Positions 24,745 to 35,694 of a DNA stretch of 63,433 bases are shown one piece after another; position 1 is the stretch's first letter; the number at the start of each line of letters is the position of its first letter. Location: contig RHPI01002368.1 of NCBI GenBank assembly GCA_009103225.1, positions 963,226 to 1,026,658 of the forward strand, read 5' to 3'. A model generated the notes under the pieces. It made no database searches. It was not told where the DNA came from and worked only from the letters and a program-made list of their open reading frames with translations. The DNA is from Chlorokybus atmophyticus. Taxonomy: Eukaryota > Plantae > Mesostigma and Chlorokybus algae. Made by a program: the position numbers and the translations under genes.

Positions 24745-27700
24745 AAAAAAGGCTGCTGTCATCTCGGAACCCTCGTAGCGTCTGCTCCCCTCGCTCGTGA
24801 TCAATCATCCATGGGGGTTGGACCATTTCGTTGCCGATCATCCGAGTGAGCATGAGGGGAAGCCAAACCAGGACGAAAACCTCCAACCAGGCGGCAGCGC
24901 TGATAAAATGGTCTGGGTCGAGGGCGTGGAATGGGTGCGTCAGCCAGAGGATAAACCGTTCGAGCTTTTGGTTAGGAATGCCGCGTCCTAGTTGAATAAG
25001 AGCATGCCATGGCCCCTCATGGCGTTCACTTTACCGGCGCAAGTTGTCCGATTTCCGCTCACATGCCGCATGTGACGCGGCGTGGCGCGTGGGCCACCTT
25101 CGTGGCTATGGTTCATCACGGCCTATTGGCAGATGGTGTGGGGAGTCCATGTACTGCGATGGAAGAGGATTGCTTGAAAAGTCCGCAACGCGACGGGCCT
25201 TGCGTTGAGCAGCATACCCTCTCCCCCNNNNNNNNNNNNNNNNNNNNNNNNNNNNNNNNNNNNNNNNNNNNNNNNNNNNNNNNNNNNNNNNNNNNNNNNN
25301 NNNNNNNNNNNNNNNNNNNNNNNNNNNNNNNNNNNNNNNNNNNNNNNNNNNNNNNNNNNNNNNNNNNNNNNNNNNNNNNNNNNNNNNNNNNNNNNNNNNN
25401 NNNNNNNNNNNNNNNNNNNNNNNNNNNNNNNNNNNNNNNNNNNNNNNNNNNNNNNNNNNNNNNNNNNNNNNNNNNNNNNNNNNNNNNNNNNNNNNNNNNN
25501 NNNNNNNNNNNNNNNNNNNNNNNNNNNNNNNNNNNNNNNNNNNNNNNNNNNNNNNNNNNNNNNNNNNNNNNNNNNNNNNNNNNNNNNNNNNNNNNNNNNN
25601 NNNNNNNNNNNNNNNNNNNNNNNNNNNNNNNNNNNNNNNNNNNNNNNNNNNNNNNNNNNNNNNNNNNNNNNNNNNNNNNNNNNNNNNNNNNNNNNNNNNN
25701 NNNNNNAAGCTTGTATGTGCCACCCCTCCCCCCCCTCTACGCCTGGCAAGAGCATGCTGCGCAACCAGTGGGCGTGCGTGAGTTTGGGAAGCGTGCGTGG
25801 CGGTGCATCTTGCAGCAGGAGGCAAGCACGTAGTAGCCACAAAGCTCTTTCAGCGTGTGCTGGAGCTGCCATCGCTGGTGAGCCAGCCGCAGCTCGTCAG
25901 TGGTCACTCAGCCGCGCTCAAAACAAACACGCATACTTTTGTCTGCCTAAAATGCACTGACAAGTGCTGTGTGTGGAGGTCCTCTTCGTAAGCCATGGCA
26001 GGAGCTGATAATCATCAGAAAGGTATTTCATGCGAAGTTGCCGTTCCCACGCTGCGCGGACAAGATGCTGTGGCATGTAGGCCCCTTGCGGCCTTCGCCC
26101 CAGGTAGGGCTGCGGAGGCGAACGTGGCGGAGTATTAGTGCCTGGCTCTGGTGTTGCCACCCACTGATGTTGGGGAGCGAAGCATTTGGAAGCACCAGCA
26201 TGTAGCCAACCAAGCCGATGCAGCCGTAAGGCTGCGCGTACACGCATGCGCTCGCGCACGTAATGCGGGGCGCCGTGCATGTTGTTGCAGATGCTTTCCA
26301 AAGCCGCCTCCAGCTAGATTGCCGTTTTCTCATAGAATATGGCTTCAGCATCGTTGGTGGGGGCCAGCCCGAATAATTGCCGGTGCAGGGTGTTGTTTTC
26401 AGGTGCCGGCAGCTCTGAAGGAGGAGGCGATGCTGGCGGCGTGAAAGGCAATGGACTACATGAGCGCTGGTGGAGCGTCTCTCTCTCTCTCCCCTGTATT
26501 AGTGTGCGCAATCGAGCGCGAGGGTGCACTCCCCATGTCGGGCATAAGGAAATTATATACAGGTGCAGGGGGCAGCACTCGAGGCATGTGGCAGTCTACG
26601 ACCCCTCGGTCCGCAAGTGCTGCAAGCCAGCGCTCTACAAGGCGGGGAAGTAGGTCACTGGGCTTATGCATATGAGCGAGGCGTTGACGTGTGCCTTCCA
26701 GCACGTCCTTGAGGACCCTGTCTTCATATGCCTCTAAGCTGCCGAGCCGCATAAGCTGTCGTGGCAACAGGTGTACGTCCTCTTGCACCAGGTAAGTCCA
26801 GTGGAAGAGTGCATGCACGCGCTCTGTGACTGCATGATTCAAGCGTGCACGGTTTTCATGTGGCAGGTCAACGTTCATTGGAAAACCAATTGTCGGATTT
26901 GAATAGCCTCGAGTGTCTCTTGTGCCCATGTTTCCACGTTGGTTGGCGACGGCTATGCTAGGATCCAAATAGCGTCCTGTCGGCGCCGACGAAGATGGTC
27001 AAGAAGTTGCCAACGGAGGGCCTGCTCTGTTGTGGGTGTCCCGCCTGCCGCCACGTTGACCTCCTCCAAGCCTAGAGCGGCCAGGAAGATGTCACAACAA
27101 CTGACAGAGTCTTTAAATTGTTGCCGCATGGCAACTTCCTCTGGTGTGGTGGGTGGCAGAAGCATGAGGCTGGGCGGTCTCAAGGGAAGAAGGAATGCAG
27201 GATTGCTGCCTCGTTGCGCAATGAGTTGAGTCAGAGCCACTTGAAGCTCACCCAAAGTTACACCCCGTTTACGAGCCTCTTCAGGCGGAGCGTTGATAGC
27301 ACGATGCTGAGCCAAGTAGAGGACCCATAAGACAGTGTTGGCGAGAGTGAAAGGTGGTAGGGTGTCAAGACCCCTTTCCATCTGATCGGCAATGGCGGGA
27401 TCCATTGCCTGCCCCTGATGCCATTGCGTCGTGTAATCATCAGCCCAATTGACCTCTTAAAGTTGTCCAGCATCCATGCGTCCTGTACTGTGTTTATCAT
27501 CTGCTAGGGTGCCGTAGTAATACGCGTCCGCCATTCGCCGAGCGCATAGAAACGCAACACTGGTGAGCTGCTCTTCATCGTGGGGCAGACGGTAAGTACG
27601 GATATCATCATGACAGCGGGTTTGCAAACGGTCCCACTTGATGGCGTGTCTCTCGACTCCTCAAAAAGCTCAGCCTGTTGCCGACGAGCGTTGGCAGCCG

Positions 27701-30014
27701 AGACAATTGGGCCGGAAGCGGTAGTGGCGGATTGAGGCGCTACGGTGATAACGACAGTAGGTGTAATAACAGCAGATGCGGCGGCCTCTGCAGATGAAGA
27801 CTCCGTCTATGCCGCGGCGGTGCTGGTTACGGCAGCCTCGGCCGATGCAAAGGTGGCTCTGCGTTGGTGTGGTGGGGATGAAGATCGGCTAGGCGGGAAA
27901 TGCGCAAGTGTGCGGCGGGTAGCCCCCACAAAACGCGTGAAGGGCAATGGGCTCCTGGTGAAGGGAGCCCATTCAACGGTCAACGGTCGGGTGGCCGAGC
28001 AGGTTGCCAGCTGGTCACAGTTGACGAGGTCCTCAAGCTCATCCCTCCGACTGCGCAAATCTTCGATCTCGGCCAAGAGACCATTCCTTTCATCATGAAG
28101 GTCAGGGTGCCTCTGACGATGGCGGTGACTTTGGTGGCAGCCTTACCTCTAGTCTTGCTGCCATTGGAATGGCCGGCTTTACCCTTGCCCTTCGACTTGT
28201 CGTTGTTGTTGTTTTTGGTTCTGTGGTCGGCACCTGTGCAAACTAGAGAGGTTTTTGTTTTTCAGAGTTTCCCTCCGCTCCGAGTGCAAGGTGTAGCACA
28301 CAACTTAGATGTCCATCCATGCCGCAATGGCTGCAATGGGCGTCAGCGCGTTGCACCGGGCACTCTCTGATAAAGTGCCCTTTTTTCTCGCGCCGATGAT
28401 AGGTTAGGTGGGCGTTGTCTTCTACACGCATGATGGCGTGGGCTGCGCGTGTGTGTTAAAGGTGCAGGCTGAGGTGGCGCCACTGCTATGATGTGCAAGG
28501 CCGCTGATTTTGACCGCAGCCTGCTCTTGCACAAAATCTTCCTGCCAATACGTAACGCACATGTATGCCTGGTACAAGGTATAGTTGGTAACACCGTTGG
28601 TCAGCCGTTGGTCGGCCTTCACATGTCTGCGCAGGGGTGGGTTAATATTTTCAATGTACACCCGTGCCAGGTGATAGGGGTTGAGGAGAGGCATCTTGTT
28701 CAGGGTGGTGTCCTCAACCGGTTGACGATGCGCTCGTAGAATTAAAGTGGTGTCTCCTTTAGTTTCCTCCTCAGCTTGATGAGATCCTGTGCTTTCTCGA
28801 TTGTGCACACGGGAAAGCGTTAGCTCAGTGGAAGAACCAAGACTGCCAACAGTGAGAGTGGTGCTGCCGGCGTGGGGGCGTCCAACGGAGGAGTCCTCCT
28901 CAGCTAATGGATGACGAACTGGTGGAGGTGTTGCACCAGAAGGGGCCGCTGCTAGAGTGAGAGCGTAGGTGGTGACGGCTTGATTGCATCGCCGGCCGTA
29001 AGCCTCGTTGGTCTCGTTTTCTCGTAGTCTCGTACAAGGGTGGCACAAAAGGTGTTGGGTGGGTAGTGGTGCCCGAAGAGCTATTGCTGGTGTCGGTCAC
29101 CTCTGTGCCACTCGCGGCGAATGGTTGTGCTCAAGAGATGCGCACTACGACTAAAGGTAGCCCGCGGGGAGCACCCAGTCTTTCTTCAGCGGAAATGGTA
29201 GGGCCCAAGGAGGGGTCAGAGCGCAGCAGCACCTTGTTTTCGGGAAGGTCATGGGTAGAGGCAGCTTCGTGCTACACAGCTATTGCGACGTTGTCCAGAT
29301 ACTAAGCGGCGAGGGTAAACCTTTGATTGTCATCCCAACTGTCCTTTGCCTGTATCTTCATCGTTGAAACAATAGAGTTGAAGTGGCTAAGCCAGTCTTT
29401 TAACGAGATCGAGCCTGCAACCGGTGAAGACAGCTTCCTTCCGGTGCCATGGCTTCCAGTGCTGCCTCAATTGCCGCTGGGGGCAGCCATATGCATGTCC
29501 TCCTCACTTCCGGAGCTGAGGTCGCTGCGGGAGGAAGGTAAGAAGCGTGCAGCTGTGGGTGGGTAGAAATCATCCACCTCCTCAACAGGTACAGAGGGGA
29601 AATCTGGAGTGAAGTCTGCTAGCACGGTAGCAGGATCCGCTCGCCTCCAACCTCTGGGCGTTCTTGCTTGTCCCGAGTTCCCCTGCTGAGTCCGTGACTC
29701 CTGAGATGCATGCACACGAACGCAACGGATACGAACAAGGAAAAACAAAGCACAAACATCTTAAGTGATGACTAAGTGCTGTGGAGTAAGTTGCAAGTCA
29801 ACAAGCTCCTTGACCAAGGATGCATGTGGACAAGCACGCAACAGTCATGCAAGTGTATTCGTGTGTGGTTCAAGTTTACTTAGTAAAGCGAGTTTACGTA
29901 TTGCAAGCACTCGCATAATAGCAAGCTAATGGACACCTACAACCGTGATTGTAGTTGTGCAAGGCATGCAAAGTATTGTATTGAGCTGAAGGTGATGTAG
30001 TCCGCAGGCAACGG

Positions 30015-30475
30015 GGCGGTGGTCACGCCAAGAGCTTAACGCAAGAATGCAAGAGAAATGAGACAGCACCCAAGGGCAAGACGACAGCAAGGAAAAGGTA
30101 TACAGCAAGAAATTTGGGCAACCGCTCCAACAAGTTCAACTCTTACACAAGGCAGCATGCATGCACGCGGTTCGCTTAGACTGATGGTGACTTTCGGAAG
30201 TCTTGAAAAGAATGCCACCGCTTCCGCGCCAGTCTGCTTACTTGCAACTGACTACCGACCGATTCCTTATGGTTTGCTTAAGGAAGCTGTCAATATCGGC
30301 CGCCGCCACTGCTCTTGTTTCTCGTTGGCTGACACCTAATAAGATGTCGATGGGTCTCGTCACGCTGTACATGTCCGACACCTTATAACGGATTTAGCCA
30401 ATGTTCTGATGATGGTGGGGGTGCCCAAGGGTTGCAAGGGGGAAGTGCGTGCCGAGGGTCGCTAAGACATTAATT
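30015..30475 (-). repeat. Truncated 5' LTR-like copy of the Gypsy element
   Basis: Collinear homology to ~18200-18655 (e.g. gacagcacccaagggcaaga, ggcagcatgcatgca, cttccgcgcca, ttggctgacacctaa, gttgcaagggggaagtg). Homology stops abruptly at ~30475. Confidence 0.7.
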
Positions 30476-30805
30476 GTTTTGTTTAACATACGTTTGATGA
30501 GGCGGACAGATTGCAAATTCATTGTGGTGCATCTTCGATTAGTGCATACTTTATAAACGCTTATCTGCCGCTTGTGTGTAAGTACGACCATTATCAACGT
30601 TAGCAAAGGTAACACGTGTGCGTTATGTGCACGTGCCATTATTGGTAAATGCATGTTCAACATGCATTCATTTAACATTTTTCAATTCAAGAAATGCCCG
30701 AACTCTATTGTGTCAACGCGCTTACCAATTTCGATTATGACCACTTATCATATAGAGTTACATCCTCTTGAACCAAGTAGCTCAAGGTCCAGGTCTCCAT
30801 GGAAA

Positions 30806-30862
30806 CAGCTGTGTAATGGCCATTACACACCAGCTGTGTAGTGGCCATTACACAGCTGGTGT
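30806..30862. repeat. Tandem pair of long palindromes
   Basis: tgtgtaatgg|ccattacaca is a perfect 20-bp palindrome. It overlaps cacaccagctgtgtagtgg|ccattacacagctggtgtg (38 bp, one mismatch). Confidence 0.85.
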
Positions 30863-31465
30863 GCACAAGATGCGCCTATGGAGTGTGCATCAACTTGATA
30901 ACTGCATACGCACGCCCGTACTCATTTTTATGCTCTTATCAAGGTCGCAATGGTGCCGGGTAATGTATGCGCTTACCGGAAGGCGGGGAGTCATCAGGCT
31001 GCATGAATCACGTACCTATCAAATGTACCCCGATGCCCCCGAGCTGGGCCCCGACCATGATGCCATGGGGACATGTAGGCCGATGCAGGGCAGCTTCCCG
31101 GGGATGGGTGGGGGGGGCGGGGGGGGCTTGAAGTAATGCTTGAAGGGATACCGCGCGACATTGCCCCACCCCCTGCCCCCTGCCGGGTTCTGTGGGGCGC
31201 CCGACCCCTTACAGAGTCGGGCGCGATGGGGACATGAAAACCGGTCACATCCGGCACGAGTGAGGCAACGTGGGGCAAGTGTATCGGCCCCATGGGACAC
31301 TTGCCCACCCTTGCCACGATGCGGGGTGACATTGACAGCGTAAATGAATGGATTGTATGGAGGATAAGATGACTGTCGCCTCTGCCGCGGCACCGTCAGC
31401 GATAGTCTGAGCTTGTCGAGCCGCGGGGCAGGCGGCCTGCAGCAGGCTTCCACACTGCAGCGCCA

Positions 31466-33140
31466 ATGCACGGCCTTGGCGGGATGACACCCGGCGGGAT
31501 GAAGCCACTGGCGCTGTGTCTGCCCTCCTCCTCCCTGCTGCTGGTGCTGGTGCTGGTCTCCTTTGCCCCGCTGCCGTCCGTAGCCTGGTCTACGCATGCC
31601 TGCAGGGCAACCCGCCTCCCCGCCGCTATCGGCTTCAACGCCGACACGCTGTACCCGGAGTCGGCGGTGTGGGACCCTGTCAACTGCAGGTGAGCGAGGA
31701 GTTGAGCAGGAGAGGAGAAGGATCACGAGCTCGTTAGCATTGCTTGCTGTGCCTCACTGCGCCTCCCACATGCATTTGACGTGACTGCGTGATTATGTCA
31801 CGTCACATGCATGCTGCACTCTTTCATATGTGAGTCTTTCGCTCTACATAGTCTTTCGCTCTACATCGCTCGACACGACTAACTGCGTGCTGCTGGTACT
31901 GCATTGCGGTCTACAATGCTCTGCAACATCACAGGTTTATCACCAGCTCCCTGGTGCACGCAACTTTGAATGCAGTCTACCCGAATGGCACCAGTGAGGT
32001 AATACTGCCAGACCCACTGCGTGCACGCACACCTGTTGCAACTGCCAGGTTGTGACATAAATTCACAGCTGCATTGGTGGGCCACAGGTGTTGGTGAGTG
32101 ATCCTGACTACACTGGCTATCACGGCTTCCCAGGCTTCGCCGCCTTTGGTACAAAGGTGAGCTTTGCTGAGCATCACGTGAGTTTAACAACAACACTCAA
32201 CCCTTATTTTCTTTCGTGCAGTACAACAAGGGGATCGTCTATGTTACAATACATGCCTTCAAGGAGTTCAACCCAAATCTTCCTGCCTTCGATGCTGTTG
32301 CTGCTTACAACGTTCTTGACCCAAACAATAGCTTCCGCATCTGGATTGCCAAGTTCAACGACCAATTTCCTAACGTTGGTGTATTGAACGACTTGACAAT
32401 TGATGAGAAAGGCAACTTGTACGTCACCGACACATCCAAAGCAGCCATATATAAGGTCAGCAAACCGACAATGCTGATGTATTTGCAAACAAGCCATACT
32501 GTGTGCTAATCATGCAACTTGTTCCTTCAGATTGATACAGATCTGCAGATTAGCTTGGTGTCCGATGATCCCCTTTTTAAGTCTGGTGATATAGTTGTCC
32601 AGCCCACCAACCCTTTCTACAACAACGGTATTGACATCCACCCGCGCAGAAAGTATCTGGTTGTAGGTGCATACTCTACAGGCAAGCTGTTTAAGGTAAG
32701 CAGGCCAAAGTATGTGTGACAGCTTTGTGCCTGAATCAAGCATGCACAAGCACTCATTGTACAAACAGGTGTCTGGCTTGAACAAGCGCAACAAGGGTGT
32801 AAAGGTCTCAACAGTCAAGTGGGCCAGCAATGGCACAGATATTGCAATCCCTGGACTGGACGGGATATCTTTCCGGCGCGATGGTTCTCTACTGGGCTCA
32901 GCATCCTTCCGAGCCATATTCCTGTTCAAGTCTGATGACAACTACAAGACCGCATATGTGGTGGAGAGCTTCTCCACAGTTGTAGAGGGAGGAGCCTTTT
33001 CCCTCGCTACGGATGCCATACCTGTAGGAGAAAGAGTGTACACCATTTATGACAATGCGGAGGACTTGTTCTTGCGCACAGGGCCGGTGAAGAATGACTG
33101 GCTCATAAGGGAGATTGGCCCTTTCCAGAAGTGTCATTGA
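31466..33140 (+). CDS. Secreted six-bladed beta-propeller, SMP-30/gluconolactonase/LRE (calcium-dependent phosphotriesterase superfamily)-like; 6 exons
   Basis: Signal peptide (MKPLALCLPSSSLLLVLVLVSFAPLPSVA). Spliced motifs: LYPESAVWDP, FITSSL, LNDLTIDEKGNLYVTDT, NGIDIHP, LDGISFRRDG. GT-AG junctions are in frame and the stop is at 33140. The start could be 31466 or 31499. Confidence 0.82.
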
Positions 33141-33440
33141 CAGAGATTTAACCAGAGCAAGCATGATGCAAGCGTCGGTGCTTGCATCATGCTTTTGAGG
33201 TAGCATTTTGCTATAATCAGGGTGGAAGATTGATATATTGATGACATCGCAGACGCATCGCTTGCAGATCGTATGAGGTGGGACGTTGTGTACATACTAG
33301 AGCAGACTAGTCCAGTTATGATCAACTCTCTTGCTTCCGCAATGGGAATGGTTGTTCTAGGGCTCGTACAGAACATGCATGACCTTGTTTGCCTGTCCCC
33401 AGCTCGCCCACTCTCTCACGCACATGCATAGGCGATACCA

Positions 33441-33486
33441 GTACAGTACAGTATAGTACAGTACAGAGCAGTACAGTACAGTACAG
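33441..33486. repeat. (GTACA)n pentanucleotide microsatellite
   Basis: gtacagtacagtatagtacagtacagagcagtacagtacagtacag. Confidence 0.9.
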
Positions 33487-34948
33487 GCATGGATCGATAC
33501 GCGCTTGCATCAGTCAGAGTTGTGCTGACCTTCTACACATAATGAAGCGATATTCAGGTGACGCACTCAACTCAGTTGTTAAGTGCAGTTCAGCAGAGCT
33601 GTGCTGACGAGGAGCAAGTGCAGCCTCGACAGTGACAAGGTGTGCTTATGATCGTAGGCAGCCTGCTTGGTTTGAAGACTCGTAGGACTTTCACAAGGCG
33701 TTACAGCAAAGGAGCACGCTTGCAGTGGACAACCAACCAGAGTTTGAGATAGAAATATCAGGATCAGTCTCACATGCGTCCTTTGCAGTTTGACTACTAC
33801 GCTGGTACGCACACCATGCTGTGTGCAGATGCATTCACTATGCGAGCAGCAACAAATCATGCTACACGACACACAAAGTACAAACGCTTACAACAAGGTG
33901 GGCATTGTAAGATCTCCCCTGATGCACAGCGCACAACAAGTAGAGTGCAAATGACGTGCGGCAGCTGCTTGCTCTGCTGGAAATACCACGCTTTGGATGG
34001 AAGCATGCAAATACTGATGCAGTCACGCACTCTCTGTTTCTGCCATCCTGTCCATGCCATGGGCTTTCGTATCTGCCACATCAGTATCTACAAGGCTAAG
34101 CTAAACTGTGCCCCAGTTAAGACCAACCGAGTACAGCCCTCAAGCAACGGCAATAGGGTTGTATGCACACGCAGTGTCCAATCTGCACGTAATAAAGGAA
34201 GAAAACTGCGAGGTGCTGTGCGAATCCACAGCCTTTTTATACAGGCACTTGTACGCAGTTCTATCAGTATGCAATATATGTCGTCTTGGCGTAGGAGCTG
34301 CAGCTGTGTGGTTAATCAGTCAGCGGGAATAGCAGTAGAAGTTTGCAGTGTCCTTGTGCTCACACATACAGTGCACACTTCTATCTGGAGTTTCGTATAC
34401 ATGCATAGTGCTCAAAACTGCAATTGCTGCTCGCACCTCTACACATATGTTGGCATAGCTTACATGACAATGGCAACGGCAGGCTTAGGCTGGTGGCCAT
34501 GGACAATCTGCTGGGCCAGGGATCTTGCGGGACATGTCTGTGGACATGGTCAGGAGTTGAGGCGAAGCTCAATCTGGCTCTTCCGGTCCTCAGGCTTTCT
34601 GTGTTAGGGTCCTTTCCCGTTGAGGTCCTTTTCCCTTTGATAACCAGTCCAACACAGGCGTCCCCAGATGGCAGCTGCGCTCACGTCAAAGCAGCTTGGC
34701 CCCGAGGGACAGCACTTCTTGTGCTATTCTATGTCCCTGGTAGTTGTGTAAGCAGTAATTTCAATGGGACTGCGTCAATTGCTTGCTGCCACTTGCTACC
34801 AGCAAGCACATGACAATCAACAGTGTCTTCATAGCAACTATAACGTTAAGGATGCTCGCTCGTTGCCACGCGAGTGCGCGGCTAGACAAGGTTGCCGACA
34901 CTCGCATGGCCACTGCTCAGGCTGACATGTCATCGGCAGGCTGCTCAT

Positions 34949-35137
34949 GTACAGTAACTGTACAGTAACAACTTGTACTGTAGGCGGAATTATATAGTAC
35001 AACACGCAGCCTGCCGCTCATGTTGTACCAATATACTATCCTGTGTACTACACATTGTCAGCACATTCCTGAGTCCGACAGGATTCCCCGACTGACCCTT
35101 TGCTTGCCATGTACAGCATGTACGGTACATAATGTAC
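34949..35137. promoter_or_regulatory. Cluster of 10 GTAC motifs upstream of subtilase paralog 2 (candidate SBP/SPL-type sites)
   Basis: GTAC at 34949, 34960, 34975, 34997, 35025, 35045, 35111, 35120, 35125 and 35134, in non-tandem context. Confidence 0.4.
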
Positions 35138-35241
35138 CTGCTTGGCCACGCTTGTCAGCATTGCAGGCATTTCCTGTCATTCTGTTCAATAAAACAACCC
35201 AGCCTGCCACGCGCCGGCCAAAGAAAGGGGGTTGCTGCAGG

Positions 35242-35249
35242 GCATATGC
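35242..35249. promoter_or_regulatory. P1BS-like motif GNATATNC (GCATATGC) in a promoter block conserved with paralog 3
   Basis: About 446 bp upstream of the ATG at 35695. The homologous block at ~54330-54450 also has the motif (54402-54409). Confidence 0.45.
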
Positions 35250-35694
35250 GCCTCCTAAGCCTTACGCGCATTGGGCTGACTATGTCATGGCTGGGCTGTG
35301 CAAGCTTGACGACTCTGCGCATTCTCACAGGGTAGTACAATGACGAATCAGATAATAAAGCTTAGTGAGAGCATCTTTTTAACAGTTAGTTAGGGGCTGC
35401 GCAAGCGTCCGGGGGAAGAGCTTAGTCAGCCAAGGCTTGGCGGCGCCAAGAGTCGAGTCATTTGTCTCAGGCTTAAATGCTCCTGTGCATGGCAGTCTGG
35501 GCAGTGCATTCTGCTGCTGTGCTACAGTAGCTGTTGGTCTCTCCTGCTGCCTGCTGCGCTTTCTTCATCTGCCTCCAGTGCGGCAAGGTGCAGAGCAATG
35601 CACTGCCTGCCTGCCTGCATTGTCCTTCCAATTCCAAGTTGGCTGTGGTGGTTGTTGGCCAAACTTATACTCGTCTTGTGTGTGTTTACCCAGC

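Larger units (their letters stand above)
18160..30475 (-). mobile_element. Degenerate Ty3/Gypsy LTR retrotransposon with nested insertions
   Basis: On the minus strand: gag with zinc-knuckle-like HFIRECP..HCSHCGMDGH (~28300-28400); aspartic protease remnant VLLNTGAQPVTLGWRAAERLGI (~24100); RT (WRMCGEY, MPFGLKNAPAVF, YIDD, 20465-20905); LRAFLDLAGYYRRF; RNase H (KPFILHTEW..GLGAVL..VIAYASR, 19941-20201); a PHD-like tail (18950-19120). A PPT (AGGCGAGAGGGGAAG) is followed by TGTTGAG at 18900. The sequence at ~18200-18655 is directly repeated at ~30015-30475. Many stops and frameshifts. Confidence 0.85.

Noticed and set aside
33774-34607. 277-aa ORF between the propeller gene and subtilase 2
   Set aside because: No recognisable motif, Cys/His/Ser-rich composition typical of non-coding DNA here, and no supporting splice structure.
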